DNA of 62,468 nucleotides, filler included, from Dirinaria sp. TL-2023a (Eukaryota), in NCBI GenBank assembly GCA_051941275.1. It is 8 parts of 8 records of this genome, joined end to end, with 100 filler letters (N's around TTAATTAATTAA, not from the genome) between each part and the next. Parts side by side here need not be neighbours in the genome. Positions count along the whole stretch, not along the records: positions 7,872 to 15,629 come from JAVEBF010001274.1; positions 15,730 to 23,472 come from JAVEBF010001275.1; positions 23,573 to 31,291 come from JAVEBF010001276.1; 5 more parts are not named here. One strand, 5' to 3'. The first letter of the stretch is position 1. The number at the start of each line of letters is the position of its first letter. A program made the position numbers and the translations under genes. A model generated the notes under the pieces. The model had not been told where the DNA came from and made no database searches. It was given only the letters and a program-made list of their open reading frames with translations. Shown piece by piece: positions 13,430 through 25,177 of the stretch.

Positions 13430-14775
13430 CTAGCAAACCTGGACTGGGTAAACAAAGGGCGGAGCGCCCATTTGTTTCGATACCGGATCCAATGGTAGAC
13501 AATTTCCATAAAAGTTATGCGCTGGTTGGGCGGGCACGTATATAGGTTTGTGATGCTGGCCATGATCCTCGCAGTGTCCAGAGAACGATGCTGTCGAACA
13601 CAAAGAACCAACGGAGTATGAGGATCCATCGTCCGACGGGATGGATCCATTGGATGAGACCGTGTTTTGCGAATGTTGCGCTGACACAAGGTGAAGTGGG
13701 GGAGACGGTGAAGGAGTGTAGGGCGCATTTGAATATTGTTGGAACGAGTTGGCGATATTTTGGACGGTATCCATGAGTGGATCTCCTGGACAACTCCGAT
13801 CCGGAGGGGGCGTTAAGGGAGCGGCGGCGGTACGGGTTGTGAATCGCGGACAACGTACGACAAGATCCTTAAGCTCTGGAATACTTATCCTGCGTCTCGG
13901 ATCACACTCAAAGATTCGCCTTAAAATGGCATCAAGCTCAGGAGATAGTGGCAGGATGGAACTCAAAAACTTGGGATTCCTGAGGTACGCCCGGAATGTG
14001 GAGTCCTCGACAGAAGCCCGTTTCCATGGATTGCGACCACAGGTCAAATTTACCAATATTATTCCGAGGCTCCAGACGTCATTGGGTATCGAAGCGTAGC
14101 AGGTCGAGCTGGAAGAAGTCTGCTGACATTCTGGGGTAGGGTATTAGTCAAATCGTAGAAAGCCTGGAGGTACAGCGAAAACATACCCGGCGACATATAG
14201 AATGTCGATCCGCAGCCGAAATCCGATGTGAAATACTCCCTGGTGGCCAGACCGAAATCGGCAAGTTTGACTGTCAAACCTCCTTCGGCGACGAGGATGT
14301 TTTCGGGCTTCAAATCCCGATGGTATATCCCGAGTGAATGGCAGTAGCTTACCGCATCCAATATTTGAAGAAACGCTCGCTTTGCCATGAAATCATTTCC
14401 AAGATAATGGCCGGCTTCCGTGATGCTGGAAAAGAGATCACCTTCTGGGCAATACTCGAGAACGACGTATGTACAATCGTACGAATCCATGATCGTTAGC
14501 ATCGAGACCACGTTGGGATGCTGGCTGGCTTCATGGTGAAGCTGTATCTCTCTCTGCAAGAATTTTCGCTGCCTCGGATCCAGGCCAATCTTATTCAGGG
14601 CTTTGACTGCGTAGCGGACATGTGTGTGAATGTCGTCAGCGGTGTACACCACTCCGTAAGCTCCAACTCCCAGAATGCCGGTCAGCTCAAGCCGGTTGGC
14701 CAAAATGAGACCCAGTCTATCTTCTGGCGAATATGCTCCAAGTAATGGGGGTGATGGCGGAGGGGTAGGTAACAT
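13430..14775 (-). CDS. ran1: Ran1/Pat1-like (Sks1/Vhs1 family) Ser/Thr protein kinase (exons 14775-14187, 14130-13430)
   Basis: MLPTPPPSP start, [67 protein letters not shown]. Confidence 0.9.
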
Positions 14776-15629
14776 GGCAGTAGACAGGCCCACAGGAGAA
14801 TGGATAGAAAGCTCTGTCCAAGCCAGGCGAGGCACTGCTTTGAATTAATAACTACTTGGTTCTTCGAGCTTCTGTCCCGGTCATCGATCCAATTGTGCGG
14901 CCTCAAGGAGGGCAGAGGCCTAAGTGGCAAGGTCGAGTGTTTCGAGCTGCAGTGGGAATGAGGTGTCGGAGAGGGTCGGCGTGAACAAGAATGGTTCGAC
15001 TGGTGGGATGTATGAGGTGGAGGTTCTAGCTATGAGGCTGATGATATGTGAGGATGATGACTATTGCGTCAAAAGAAAAAAAAAGGAAATGTTAATGAAG
15101 GAACGGAGAGTGGTTGGTAGCGCATGGATGATGGGGTGCATACATAGCCTTGCTGCACGAGGAATAAGTCTGATACGATGAATCACACCCTCTTATTTTC
15201 CCGTTCACAGGGCTACCAACGGCTTAGGGAAGAAGCCAAGGATGTTTGAATATGGCATGAAGCAGTAAGGGAATAACCTAAGGGAACAAGGGGACAGTTT
15301 AGGGAGACCAGGTGGCAGGGGGGACAAGTGGGCAAGTGGGCAAGAGGACTCTTAGCGCCATGACTTGGTGTAAGCGAACAGGCAGGGCAAGGCTATAATT
15401 ACGAAAATGGGGGGTTAAGGCGAAACGGGAACATGGGATGCGCCATTTGTGATTTGTGCCACTTAGGGCGAGACACGACAAAGAGAAGAGAGAGGGAGAG
15501 AAAAAGCCTGCGGCTAAGTGCTCCGCACTACTACCTTTACCTGACGAGGATCTTGCGCAAAGGGGGATAAGAGAGGAGGAGGGGGGGGAAGGGAGAGAAG
15601 GGCTAGTGTGGCAGGGAGACGATGCAGAG

Positions 15630-15729
15630 NNNNNNNNNNNNNNNNNNNNNNNNNNNNNNNNNNNNNNNNNNNNTTAATTAATTAANNNNNNNNNNNNNNN
15701 NNNNNNNNNNNNNNNNNNNNNNNNNNNNN
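15630..15729. other. Artificial contig spacer
   Basis: N44-TTAATTAATTAA-N44. Confidence 0.98.
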
Positions 15730-17261
15730 AAAAAAAAAAAAAAAAAAAAAAAAGAAAAAAAAAAGAAAAAAGAAAAAAAAAAAAAGGTCAACGTCTTCAA
15801 GAATCGAGGCATCTAAACCCCCCCTCCCCCTCGCTTTTCAAATTAGATAAAGAACAGATCCTCATGCAGCGCCAGCACTAAAACACCAATCAATCCCATA
15901 TGATCAGATCTAGCTCTACTACAAAAAAAGCGTTGTGGGATGGATGGAATCTCACGTATAGATGGTCTCGAATCGAATGTCTTCTTCTGCATAGGGTATT
16001 GGTAATTTGTACGTGTGCGCGCGCGCGTGTGCGTGCGTGCGTGGCAGTGTGAGAGCTCTCGATAGAGCCGCTTAACTACAAATGAAGAAGAAAAAAAAAA
16101 AAAAAAACGAATGTGAGAAACCTCTTTTCTTCTTTTCCTTTCCCTTTTTTTTAAAAAAAACGATTCATTTCAAAATCAAACACATCGTCTCATCAAGTAT
16201 TAAGTATCAAGTAATCGAATCCAGATTCACATACCGCATTCTAATCCATCTCCCCTCTCACCAAAAAACCCCCCTTTAGTATTGTCAAGTCATCTCCCCC
16301 GTTCGCTCTCTCTCTATAAATCCCATCCCATCCCATGCACATCAGATCCAAGATCCAGAGTCGCAATGCTCGTCATTTTTTATTTTTTAAAAGAAATCCA
16401 TATCTAACTCTCCTACAGACAGACAGTCGACCGTGTTATATAATATCTCATGTACAATGCCTCTCTCTTAGATCGAACATATATTTTTCTGCACAACCGT
16501 ATAACTGTTTTGTATACGTGTGAGTGTGAGTGAGCGCTCGATTTTTTTGTTTTCGAATTTTTTTTTTTTGGGGACTGTTAAGCGACATAGGAAGAAAAAG
16601 GGAACCTCTTGATATCGTTTCATTTTTTCACTTTCGTTTCACAGAATCGGATGGATATACTTCGATTAGAAGCTCGTCATCTTTGGATTTCAAATCCATC
16701 CTATAGAAAGACAGAGCGGAAAGGAAGGGAGGGGTAATACACTATACAGTGTACAGTGTACAGTGTACAGAATGGTTGGATGGATGGACGAGGAATTTCA
16801 TTTTGGGGTCTATTGTATATGCTGAGGTCGCGAGGAGGCACTACTACGTAAGCGTAGTATTTTATTATCTTTGTATATATGCATGGATTTTCGAGATATC
16901 TTTCTGGCTCATCTGTAGTAGCTAGCTGATCGCGCGATGAAAATTGTTCATAAGAAGATCATAGATATGATATAGTACAGACTGAGAGATCTGAGATGGC
17001 AAAGTGCTGCCGCGCCGCGTGTGTCTTTGGGATTACTCGGGATCGGCGGCTCGAAATCATTATGCGGCGCAACTTTTGGGTTTTCCATAGTCTGCTGGAA
17101 CCTGCGGGTGGTGCTGTCGAAGTCTCAGCCGCGGTGGGGAAAGACAATCTCACAAGAAAGCCTCGACCCGCCCTCGCTGCTGCGGTCCTGGCTTTACCCC
17201 CTTTCAGATGCGGTTGAAAAGGTCCCGTGTTTTACACTGCCTTGGAGAAAAACCATCCTTC

Positions 17262-20200
17262 TCAAGCTCCAAAATGCGCATACCCAGCCCATACAAAAGG
17301 CGCCATGCCCGCCTCTCTAGCGCTCTTGGTAGCAGCATGCAGCGCTCTGGCAGACCGCCCGATATCAACAACCCCGTCCTGTCGGCCGACTTTCAACCCG
17401 GCATAAAACGCCTCAGCGATACTGCAAGCCTCTTTATCCAGGATCTCCCACCACGTAGCCACCACGTTCGGCACCCCGGCCATCTGGAAAGCGCCGCAGA
17501 TATGCAGCGCCTCCTCGGCCAACGCGTGGTCGTGGTTGACGGCCGTTTCGCACGCGGACAAGTACGCGAGCTGGCATTTCTCAAGCTCCATCCGCATGAT
17601 GAACCGCACGCTGAGAGGTTTCGGCCGCCAGTCGCTCAGGAGCAGTTTCGATTTCAAAGGGTCGAGCGCATCGGCCTCGCCATGGCAGGCGAGGTGCGCG
17701 ATGGTGCAAGTTCGCAGTCCTTGGATTATGTCCTTTCTCATTGGAGCCGGAGAGGAGAAAGACGATATGGTGTAGTTTGGCGATAGTAGGGTTTTTGCGA
17801 CGGCAATTTCTGTCACGGCGTTTGGTAGCGCGATATGGTCTGGTGTTGTTGGCATGGCGGCCAGGAGCGCTCGTGGGGCTTTGTTAGAAGGCTCTTCCGA
17901 AATTGATAGTTTCTGGATTTCCGCATCTGTATCTTCGGTGCTGAATTCGGGCGTCGCTGGAGTCGCTGCTGAAAGTGCTTTTGAAAACCTGCTCACGGGT
18001 TTTCCTTGGTCAGTCGTAGCTAAATCACCAGCATCAAGACTCTCCGTGGTCGGCATTGCTGTCGTGAGTATCTTTGGTGATTCCGCTCTGCGATCTCGCT
18101 GCACGGGCGCCTTTCCTGTTTCCAGGAGTGAATCGTCAGGTTGAAAATGCGACATTCTAGCCCTTGAATATATTAACGATCTCAATGTTGGGCTGTATGA
18201 GCTTATGGCTCGGTCCATCACCGCACAAGGTACCCCGGTATCCCGTGCTTTACGGTGATCGCCGGCTGCGTGCACGGGCAGCCTATTTGCCCAATCGCAT
18301 AAGATCCACCACACGCGCGGCAGCTCCATGCCTTCTTCCTCAATTTTACTCCCCTGGAGGCCTAATCGGTCCAAAACTGGCTCGGCAACTTGATACCAGA
18401 GCCAACTGAGAACTTGATCAAGCCCGCCGTCGTCTTCGCCAGATGATTGCCACTTCTTGACGGTTGAAGTCAAGTTGCTATATTGTGCTCTGCATGCGTC
18501 TGCAGAGTACCCAATCAACTCTTGACGGTACACTGATCCTTGAGCGACTACCAGAGCAGTCCCATTGGAAGAGCCGATCCCAGAAACAAGCATAATAGTC
18601 GGACCGCTCTGGGAAAGCTTCTCAAATTCCTCATCGCTTATATAAGGCTGCTGGAAATGTTCAAACCCCTTGTTCTTACGAATATCGGATACGACCAATC
18701 TGAGTTGCGACTCCACTCCGAATTTATCTATTGGTTGATTTGTAAAGACTTCGTCATTGCCAGCACTGCTCAACCGCTCGCTCAGCCTTTGATAGCGGTT
18801 TGCGAGCTCTGGGAGTTTTTCTTTCAGCTCCGCGATAGGCGTTCTTTTATTAAGCAGTCGGGTCAAAATTACACTCCTGCCCCGTTCATATACACGAACG
18901 ATGTCGCGCGGCTTTTTCTCCGCGATCTTTGCAGCCCATAGACTTAGATACGAGAAAAGATGGTATTGCCGTAATTGAGAAAGTTGCTGCGACCGAGCAA
19001 TACTCTCAGAAAGGATATCATCCACTAATTCCAATGCCAACGCGAGAGCCTCGTCAAATTGGATCTTAGAAAAGGGATCAGTCGACAGAATCCCCGTCAG
19101 ATCTTTGCTGTTAACTATACGAGCTGCGAGTAGAGCAAACGATGTTGCCGCTTTTAGCTTGGCATGAAGCTCATATTTCGAGTTTGCGAATATTTGATAG
19201 TTCGTTTCTGCGCATCGCATGCCATACTTCGCATCGCCAGTTAACTCAAATAGAGCGTCAAGTAATGTCGCCAGTGGCGGCATATGACCTGTGGACCGCG
19301 TGCCTCGTTCTTTTGAAAGGGTTTCAATTTGATCAAATAACCCAAGAGCGGTCTCCAGATCCTCGACGCGCTTGGGATTTTCCGAGGCTTGACCCCTCCG
19401 CGTCCAAGCTTCTGCAGCGCTTCGTAAAGAATCGATACGTGGGCCGAATTCAGCACACTCAACATTCACTGCGCAAGAATAGTGTTGAAGGACCTTGTCA
19501 ATCTGTGCTGTCAGAGGTTCTGATCTGGGTCGAGTCGAGATCAAATGGCCAAGTTGTAGAATCATTTCTATACGGTCGCTGCGGCGCATCGGCATAGGGC
19601 CCAGAATCATCTCCTGGATCCAGTACTGAGCTTCTATCAAATCTGCTGACTTCTGCGTCTGGTCGACCGAGGCGCTGTTGGCTCGACTTCTTAAAATACC
19701 GGACAACTCGGCTGCCCTCCGGCCGAACGGGTCTTCCCGCCGAGCAGTCAGAAGAACCGACAAACGAAACTGAGAAACAGCGTCCTCTAAAAGTGGTACT
19801 GCGCCGTATTTTTCAAAGCGGCTTCGTTGAATCTCGCCCAGAGTGAATCGAACATCTGCTTCAATATGTTGAACCGGCCATTCTGACTTTCTGGCCTGGA
19901 TCCTATCCAAAGCATCGACAGCGAATGAATGCGCCCTGGTGAGGATGAGTGGGTCATAAATCCAGTGATAGCTCAAACGAAGACTTTTGGCAATTTGATA
20001 AGATGCCGTGATTCGGCTTGCCTGAGGACAAGCACTATTTTTATCGATAGAAGTCAGCATTTCGAAGAAACACCGGCACATGGCAACCATGTCTTCTTGT
20101 TTCTTAAAGGCCTCAAATTTAGCTTGATGGAACTTTCCAAGCGTCTCTTGCTCAAACGGCTTGTGTGATGGCATGACCGCTGGCTTGGTTTGCAGCTCAT

Positions 20201-20900
20201 TAACGAACTTTTCTGCTCTCTCCAAGTCCTGGATATCTTGGCTGATGTGGAATCTTGTCGCGAGGATATTGGCAGACATGAGATGAAATATTGTCGATCT
20301 GTCCTCCTGCACGTCTCGAAACGGACACTCGACCCCCAACAATTCAATAGCAATGTCGAGGTCATCGCTCGAACCATCGTATTCCGCTCGCTCGTAAAGA
20401 GCAATGGCAGTAAACAATAGGAGATCGACGAAGAGACCGTCGTCTTGAGTGACGACCATCCACAGGGAGTTGATGGCATCAAATAAATCATCCAGCGTCT
20501 GATGGTCACCATTCACACCGTAACGACGATGCAGCACGTACATGATACCAGCTTTTGCTTGCAGATTCTCGGGGCTGATCTCAGCAGCTTTTCTATAGCA
20601 ATCGAGAGACTTGTCTACATCCTGCCTTTTCGATAAGCGGAACGCCCTTTGTTCGTGAAAAGAAGCTTTTTGAAGCCACAATTCGCAGATCAAAGTCTTG
20701 CTGACGATTCCTTTGGCCGCATCGGCCAATTGGATAGCCTTTTCGAGGAGTGATAGGGCATGATCCAGCTCAGGTCCTTTCAACCACGAGAGGCACCACT
20801 TTTGGAAAGATTCCGCGGCCTTCTTCTGAACAGCGCGAATTGTTGGCTCGACCAGACTCTCAATGGATTGTTCTACTACTGGCGCTGGACCTGTTGACAT
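17262..20900 (-). CDS. CHAT-domain (caspase-like clan CD) cysteine protease with long N-terminal helical/TPR-like region, 1212 aa, single exon
   Basis: Catalytic motifs AHLACHG (His codon 17682-17684) and LAYLSACETA (Cys codon 17550-17552). Fungal CHAT hallmarks: ERGRSVI, LSWLWYQVAEPVL, LPRVWW, LPVHAAG, ISSYSPTLRSL, EALHICGAFQMAGVPNVVATWW, WAGYAHFGA. Confidence 0.93.
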   Translation of the reverse strand: MSTGPAPVVEQSIESLVEPTIRAVQKKAAESFQKWCLSWLKGPELDHALSLLEKAIQLADAAKGIVSKTLICELWLQKASFHEQRAFRLSKRQDVDKSLDCYRKAAEISPENLQAKAGIMYVLHRRYGVNGDHQTLDDLFDAINSLWMVVTQDDGLFVDLLLFTAIALYERAEYDGSSDDLDIAIELLGVECPFRDVQEDRSTIFHLMSANILATRFHISQDIQDLERAEKFVNELQTKPAVMPSHKPFEQETLGKFHQAKFEAFKKQEDMVAMCRCFFEMLTSIDKNSACPQASRITASYQIAKSLRLSYHWIYDPLILTRAHSFAVDALDRIQARKSEWPVQHIEADVRFTLGEIQRSRFEKYGAVPLLEDAVSQFRLSVLLTARREDPFGRRAAELSGILRSRANSASVDQTQKSADLIEAQYWIQEMILGPMPMRRSDRIEMILQLGHLISTRPRSEPLTAQIDKVLQHYSCAVNVECAEFGPRIDSLRSAAEAWTRRGQASENPKRVEDLETALGLFDQIETLSKERGTRSTGHMPPLATLLDALFELTGDAKYGMRCAETNYQIFANSKYELHAKLKAATSFALLAARIVNSKDLTGILSTDPFSKIQFDEALALALELVDDILSESIARSQQLSQLRQYHLFSYLSLWAAKIAEKKPRDIVRVYERGRSVILTRLLNKRTPIAELKEKLPELANRYQRLSERLSSAGNDEVFTNQPIDKFGVESQLRLVVSDIRKNKGFEHFQQPYISDEEFEKLSQSGPTIMLVSGIGSSNGTALVVAQGSVYRQELIGYSADACRAQYSNLTSTVKKWQSSGEDDGGLDQVLSWLWYQVAEPVLDRLGLQGSKIEEEGMELPRVWWILCDWANRLPVHAAGDHRKARDTGVPCAVMDRAISSYSPTLRSLIYSRARMSHFQPDDSLLETGKAPVQRDRRAESPKILTTAMPTTESLDAGDLATTDQGKPVSRFSKALSAATPATPEFSTEDTDAEIQKLSISEEPSNKAPRALLAAMPTTPDHIALPNAVTEIAVAKTLLSPNYTISSFSSPAPMRKDIIQGLRTCTIAHLACHGEADALDPLKSKLLLSDWRPKPLSVRFIMRMELEKCQLAYLSACETAVNHDHALAEEALHICGAFQMAGVPNVVATWWEILDKEACSIAEAFYAGLKVGRQDGVVDIGRSARALHAATKSAREAGMAPFVWAGYAHFGA

Positions 20901-21506
20901 TGTTGCAAGATTAATACATGTGCGACTCTGACCCGTATCAGGATATGGGACAATTCAAGATTAAGTATATATTCGAATAGGTCGAGTAAAGGCTCCTGAA
21001 CGCCAATAACGAGTTAATGAGAAAGAGATAGGCAAATGGCCAGACACTGAGGCTGGGAGCATCGTGACAAAATCATATCGGATGCGGCGGCTGATTCGTA
21101 CCAGTCCATTGGTGAGGTGAAAAGTACGATTAAACAGTATGCACGATGCTAGTTGGAATATTATATATTACTTATTACAGAGTATAGCGAGACCACCCAG
21201 GCTCGCCAGGTTAGGTTAGCATCTCAAGAAAGAGACATTCGGGGAACGTCGGTGTTGCCAGCGGGCTGCAATACTATTACGTAATACACAGTCCGATGTC
21301 TTGGCACAGCTACATCCATCGGATAAGATAAGATACCTCGGTTCATGGAAAATTGCACTTTCCCTCTACCTACAGGTAAAGTACCTACAGGTATCTTGAG
21401 GTCCTTTTTCAATAGCTGCCTTATTTAAGGTACTTCAGGTATAAGGTACGTACTTCCCAAGGCATTATCACTTTCTAATCGCCACCTGATTTTTCTCCGC
21501 AATTCC

Positions 21507-22547
21507 ATGGCATCTCTCGAACGCGTATACGCGGACCAGATGCGACACCACCCCTATGGCTATGCCCTGTACCATCCCGCTTCCACCACCACTCTCCGAC
21601 CGGGCTCAGTGGGGGTTTTTGACGGGTTAGGGTTCTGGAACCCTATTGCTCACCTGGAAGACCCGACGAGTCTACAAAAGCACGGTCTGAAGCCACCAAC
21701 TGAGGGTCTGGAGCGGGCACCATCGGAAAGAATCCGGAAATGGTCCCCAAGGACCTCGTCAGGAGTCAGTGAGAAGCTGCTGGGATTCCGTATTGGCGCT
21801 GGGTATGCTGTCTTAGGATGAAGGGCTTTCTATCCTGCAAGGCTTACAGTTTGCAAGCGCCCTCGCCGCAGGTCTGCCCGTAGATGCGAACCTGGCCGTG
21901 GAATACCAATCGGCTGTCAGCTACGGCGCCGTTCTCATCTCCTCATCCCCGGTAACGCGCGAGGCATTCTACTACCAGGCCCCATTCAAGAAATGGGTCA
22001 AAGAGAACGCGGCCGCACTGTTGCATGGGCATTTGGCGGAAGATATCAAACAGCACGGGCTCTTTGTCGTAACTCAAACTTTTGCGACGAAAAAATGTGC
22101 GCTGACCGCATGGAGGCACTCCGAGAGGAAAGTCCATTTCGGATTTGGAGCTGGCATTTCCGGTCTCGCAGAACTAAGTCCTGAGGTAGACTGGTACGCC
22201 GGCTCCAGCGAAACAGGGTGGAATTTCCATGAGGCGGAAGGGTCCGAATCCAAAGTTGTGTTCGCTGGAGGCTTGTCATTCCACAAGGTCTTGGGGTCCG
22301 AGGTTACTAGTCTCACTCTCTGTGTACGCCTTAGGCGCGGACTCTGACGGCTTCTTAGAGCCGTTTACGTGAGAGCAAATCTCCCACCAGAGGAGCTTTC
22401 GATATCCGCGAGAGCATCCCTGTCATCCTTCCCGATGAAAAATGCGCTCTCAGCTGCGAAGTCTGGGGAGACCTCGATCGGCATTCTGATCTCGAGAATG
22501 AAGATGACGACGACATCGATGGGGAGCTTGAAGGCGACGAGGGCTAA
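21507..22547 (+). CDS. Fungal gasdermin-like (RCD-1/HET-Q1-type) pore-forming protein, ~309 aa, 3 exons (21507-21802, 21858-22302, 22359-22547)
   Basis: Exons join in frame (930 nt). Recognised family motifs: HPYGYALYHP..LRPGSVGVFD..GFWNPI, GAVLISSSPV, FKKWVKENA..L, HGLFVVTQTFATKKCALTAW, VVFAGGL. Size matches fungal gasdermins, the C-terminal tail is acidic, and the gene is adjacent to a protease. The second intron donor (GTTACT) is the least certain site. Confidence 0.82.
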
Positions 22548-23472
22548 AGAGCGCTTCAACGTTTACTCAATTTGTCCCTCTGCGTCTCCGTTTCTCAGTG
22601 TCTACCATCTCGATAGCCTAGCAGCAGCTACAGGTTCCGCTCGATGTCAGGAAGCTGATCAGGTAGCGACCGAATCTTTCAGTATCGCAGTGTTCGCCCA
22701 ATCGCCGCGACTCACATAGCCTGGCATGGAGGTGCCGGATCATCTCACTCCGCGTTCAACCCGCTCGAAAAAAATAATCTACTACGGAGCAATCGACCAA
22801 AAAAGGAACTTTTTCGCGTGTAAGTAAGCCAAAACATATACAATTCCAGATTTCATTTTTCGCAAACGTATCCAAAATTCAAGCCTTTGGGCAGCTCGTA
22901 TATCCGGAATAAAAGTGGAGGCTTCTTTTCAAATCCGACGCATTGCAATTTTTTACAAGCACATACACTACAAATCTTGTACCTCAAAAAGCTATCTCTC
23001 TCAGGCCTACCATCTAACAAGCTACTCTACAAGAACAATCATATCTCCATTACACTCCCCTATAAACCCCCCTGAACACTACCTAGAAAAGAATCTTTTC
23101 AATTTCAGTTAAAGAATAAGGATCTATATCCTCCACCTCGATCGCGCGCGACCTTGATGAAGAGTAGAACTTAAAATCCTTTTCCACCCCAAATCACCAC
23201 AGCAAGAAGATCGGTATATATATTGCTTCGGCAACTCCCCTCGATTTCATGCAAAACGAAGTTTTCGTCATATATAAAAAAAAAAAAAAAAAAAAAGAGG
23301 GGAAAAAAAAAAAAAACAAGAACACTACCTACACCCTCTTACACAAAAATAGCATATTGATCGCAGCTAGATTTAGCTAAAACCCCATCACCCATCACTT
23401 CCGACGCGACCGTATTCTTTCCTCTCAAAAGAAAAATATTCAACTAGGTAGATGGGCAATAAACCCCCCACC

Positions 23473-23572
23473 NNNNNNNNNNNNNNNNNNNNNNNNNNNN
23501 NNNNNNNNNNNNNNNNTTAATTAATTAANNNNNNNNNNNNNNNNNNNNNNNNNNNNNNNNNNNNNNNNNNNN
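23473..23572. other. Artificial contig spacer
   Basis: N44-TTAATTAATTAA-N44. Confidence 0.98.
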
Positions 23573-25177
23573 GGATATGCTGTGGCCGAAGGGAGGTGGG
23601 TTTGAGGGGATTAAAAAGAAAGGGGGAGGGAAGTAGGTAGGTAAGGTACATATACTGTAGAAGAAGAAGGAAGAGCGATTTAAGAGGGACTAAGAGAAGA
23701 ATTTGCTTGGCGCTTGCCTAAAGCAGTAATGTACATATCTTCGGTACATGTATATGTACCTAGCTTTGATAACTTACCTTACCAGTTGGGGAATTTTTGG
23801 GGAGGTCCTACAGTGTTCACAATGGCCTGGGTGAGTGAAGTAGCTGCGTCAGTGAAACGATTAGATTAGATCAGTCTGTGACGCAGGCAGGCAGGCTTTT
23901 CTTTGTGATTTGGGTTAGATGGGGGTTTGGTCATGTTTGTTTGAGTATGAGTCAGGGGGTGGGTGGACTGAGCATGCACTTTTCTCTTTCTTCTTCAGGG
24001 TTACGATTTTGAATGGGATTTTGGGTTGCATCGATTTGGGAGATTCTTTCACCAGATTGAGATCTGAGTGTACTCCTCGTTCATGAATATCATTGTTACC
24101 TAGGTACCTTGGACTCAGGGGAAAAATGGGGGTGGTAGATAGGTAGGGGATCATTTGAGCTACAAGCATCCGAAGAGGAGTCCGATTTTATGGGTGAGAT
24201 ATCATGACTTCTTTCAAAAGTTTTTTTTTTTTTTCAACGCGGCACCATCCAGGGCACCTAGCTTATGGAGGTATTGAGGTCTTTGCTCCTTGCAGTCATT
24301 AAGCCAGTTGTAAGGTTCTAAACTCCCATGCAGTGCCTCCTTTGGGATCACATATTTTTGCAGAGGAGGCTATACCAGCAGCATTCAAGAAGCAGGATGA
24401 GCTCAGAAAGATGCACACCGACTTCAACTCAACCGAAGCGCGGGTTGACAAAGACCAGAAGGAGGTTGAGCAAGAAACAAGGAAGGCAAGTTTGTTCACT
24501 TGAAAAAAAGAGGATTATTTCAAAGCCATCTTTGCAGTGGAGAAACGAGCATTTAATACCTCGAAGAGATCAAGTGGCTAATTCTCCTTCTGTGCCGAAA
24601 AAATGTTGCGCTTAAGTTTGATGGATAGTCGAAGTCGGTTTGTTTGGATTGTCCGCGATGCTCGTTGCTCGCCAACCTAGAAGTACGTAGCCGTCGCAGT
24701 CACTCTGCAGAATCTATCTCCGACCTTGACTAATACCTTCTGCTCATTTGCAGTTGACCCAGATGCCGATTATGCTTAGAATAATTGGGATGCGTCTCAT
24801 GTCCAATTTGAACTCTTCAACACATCAAACCAGCGGGTTTAGACTAGACGTTACACGCAGATGCTGGAGCTTTCCAAGCTTTTTATTCCTGAATTAAGCT
24901 ATCCCCCAAGGAGGGATGAAAATGATTGCTACGAAGATAGCACTTTCCATTTTGAGACGCTTTTCTTCGTACAAGTACTCGTCCAACTGCAGGTTCGAAA
25001 GACCATTCTGGAGGATAAACTGTTATCGCCGCCTCTCAATTCTAAACATTCAAAGTCCGCGTCTTTCAGTATACCTTACTATCGTTAGACAATCCATTAC
25101 TAAGCTCGCCATATCTCATCTTTTATTCGCAGGCGTTTTTTAGAGCCCATTTGAACACAGCCTGTATCTGCCGTACC

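Noticed and set aside
15730..16800. Homopolymers and microsatellites (poly-A, GC/GT runs, TACAGTG x3-4, ATCCC)
   Set aside because: Ordinary simple repeats, abundant throughout the window.
17208..20512. Antisense and alternative-frame ORFs over the CHAT gene (and over other long genes)
   Set aside because: Shadow ORFs of genuine coding sequence.
22369..22719. 116-aa ORF downstream of gasdermin exon 2 as a third gene
   Set aside because: It is an alternative frame with a GTG start overlapping the gasdermin last exon.
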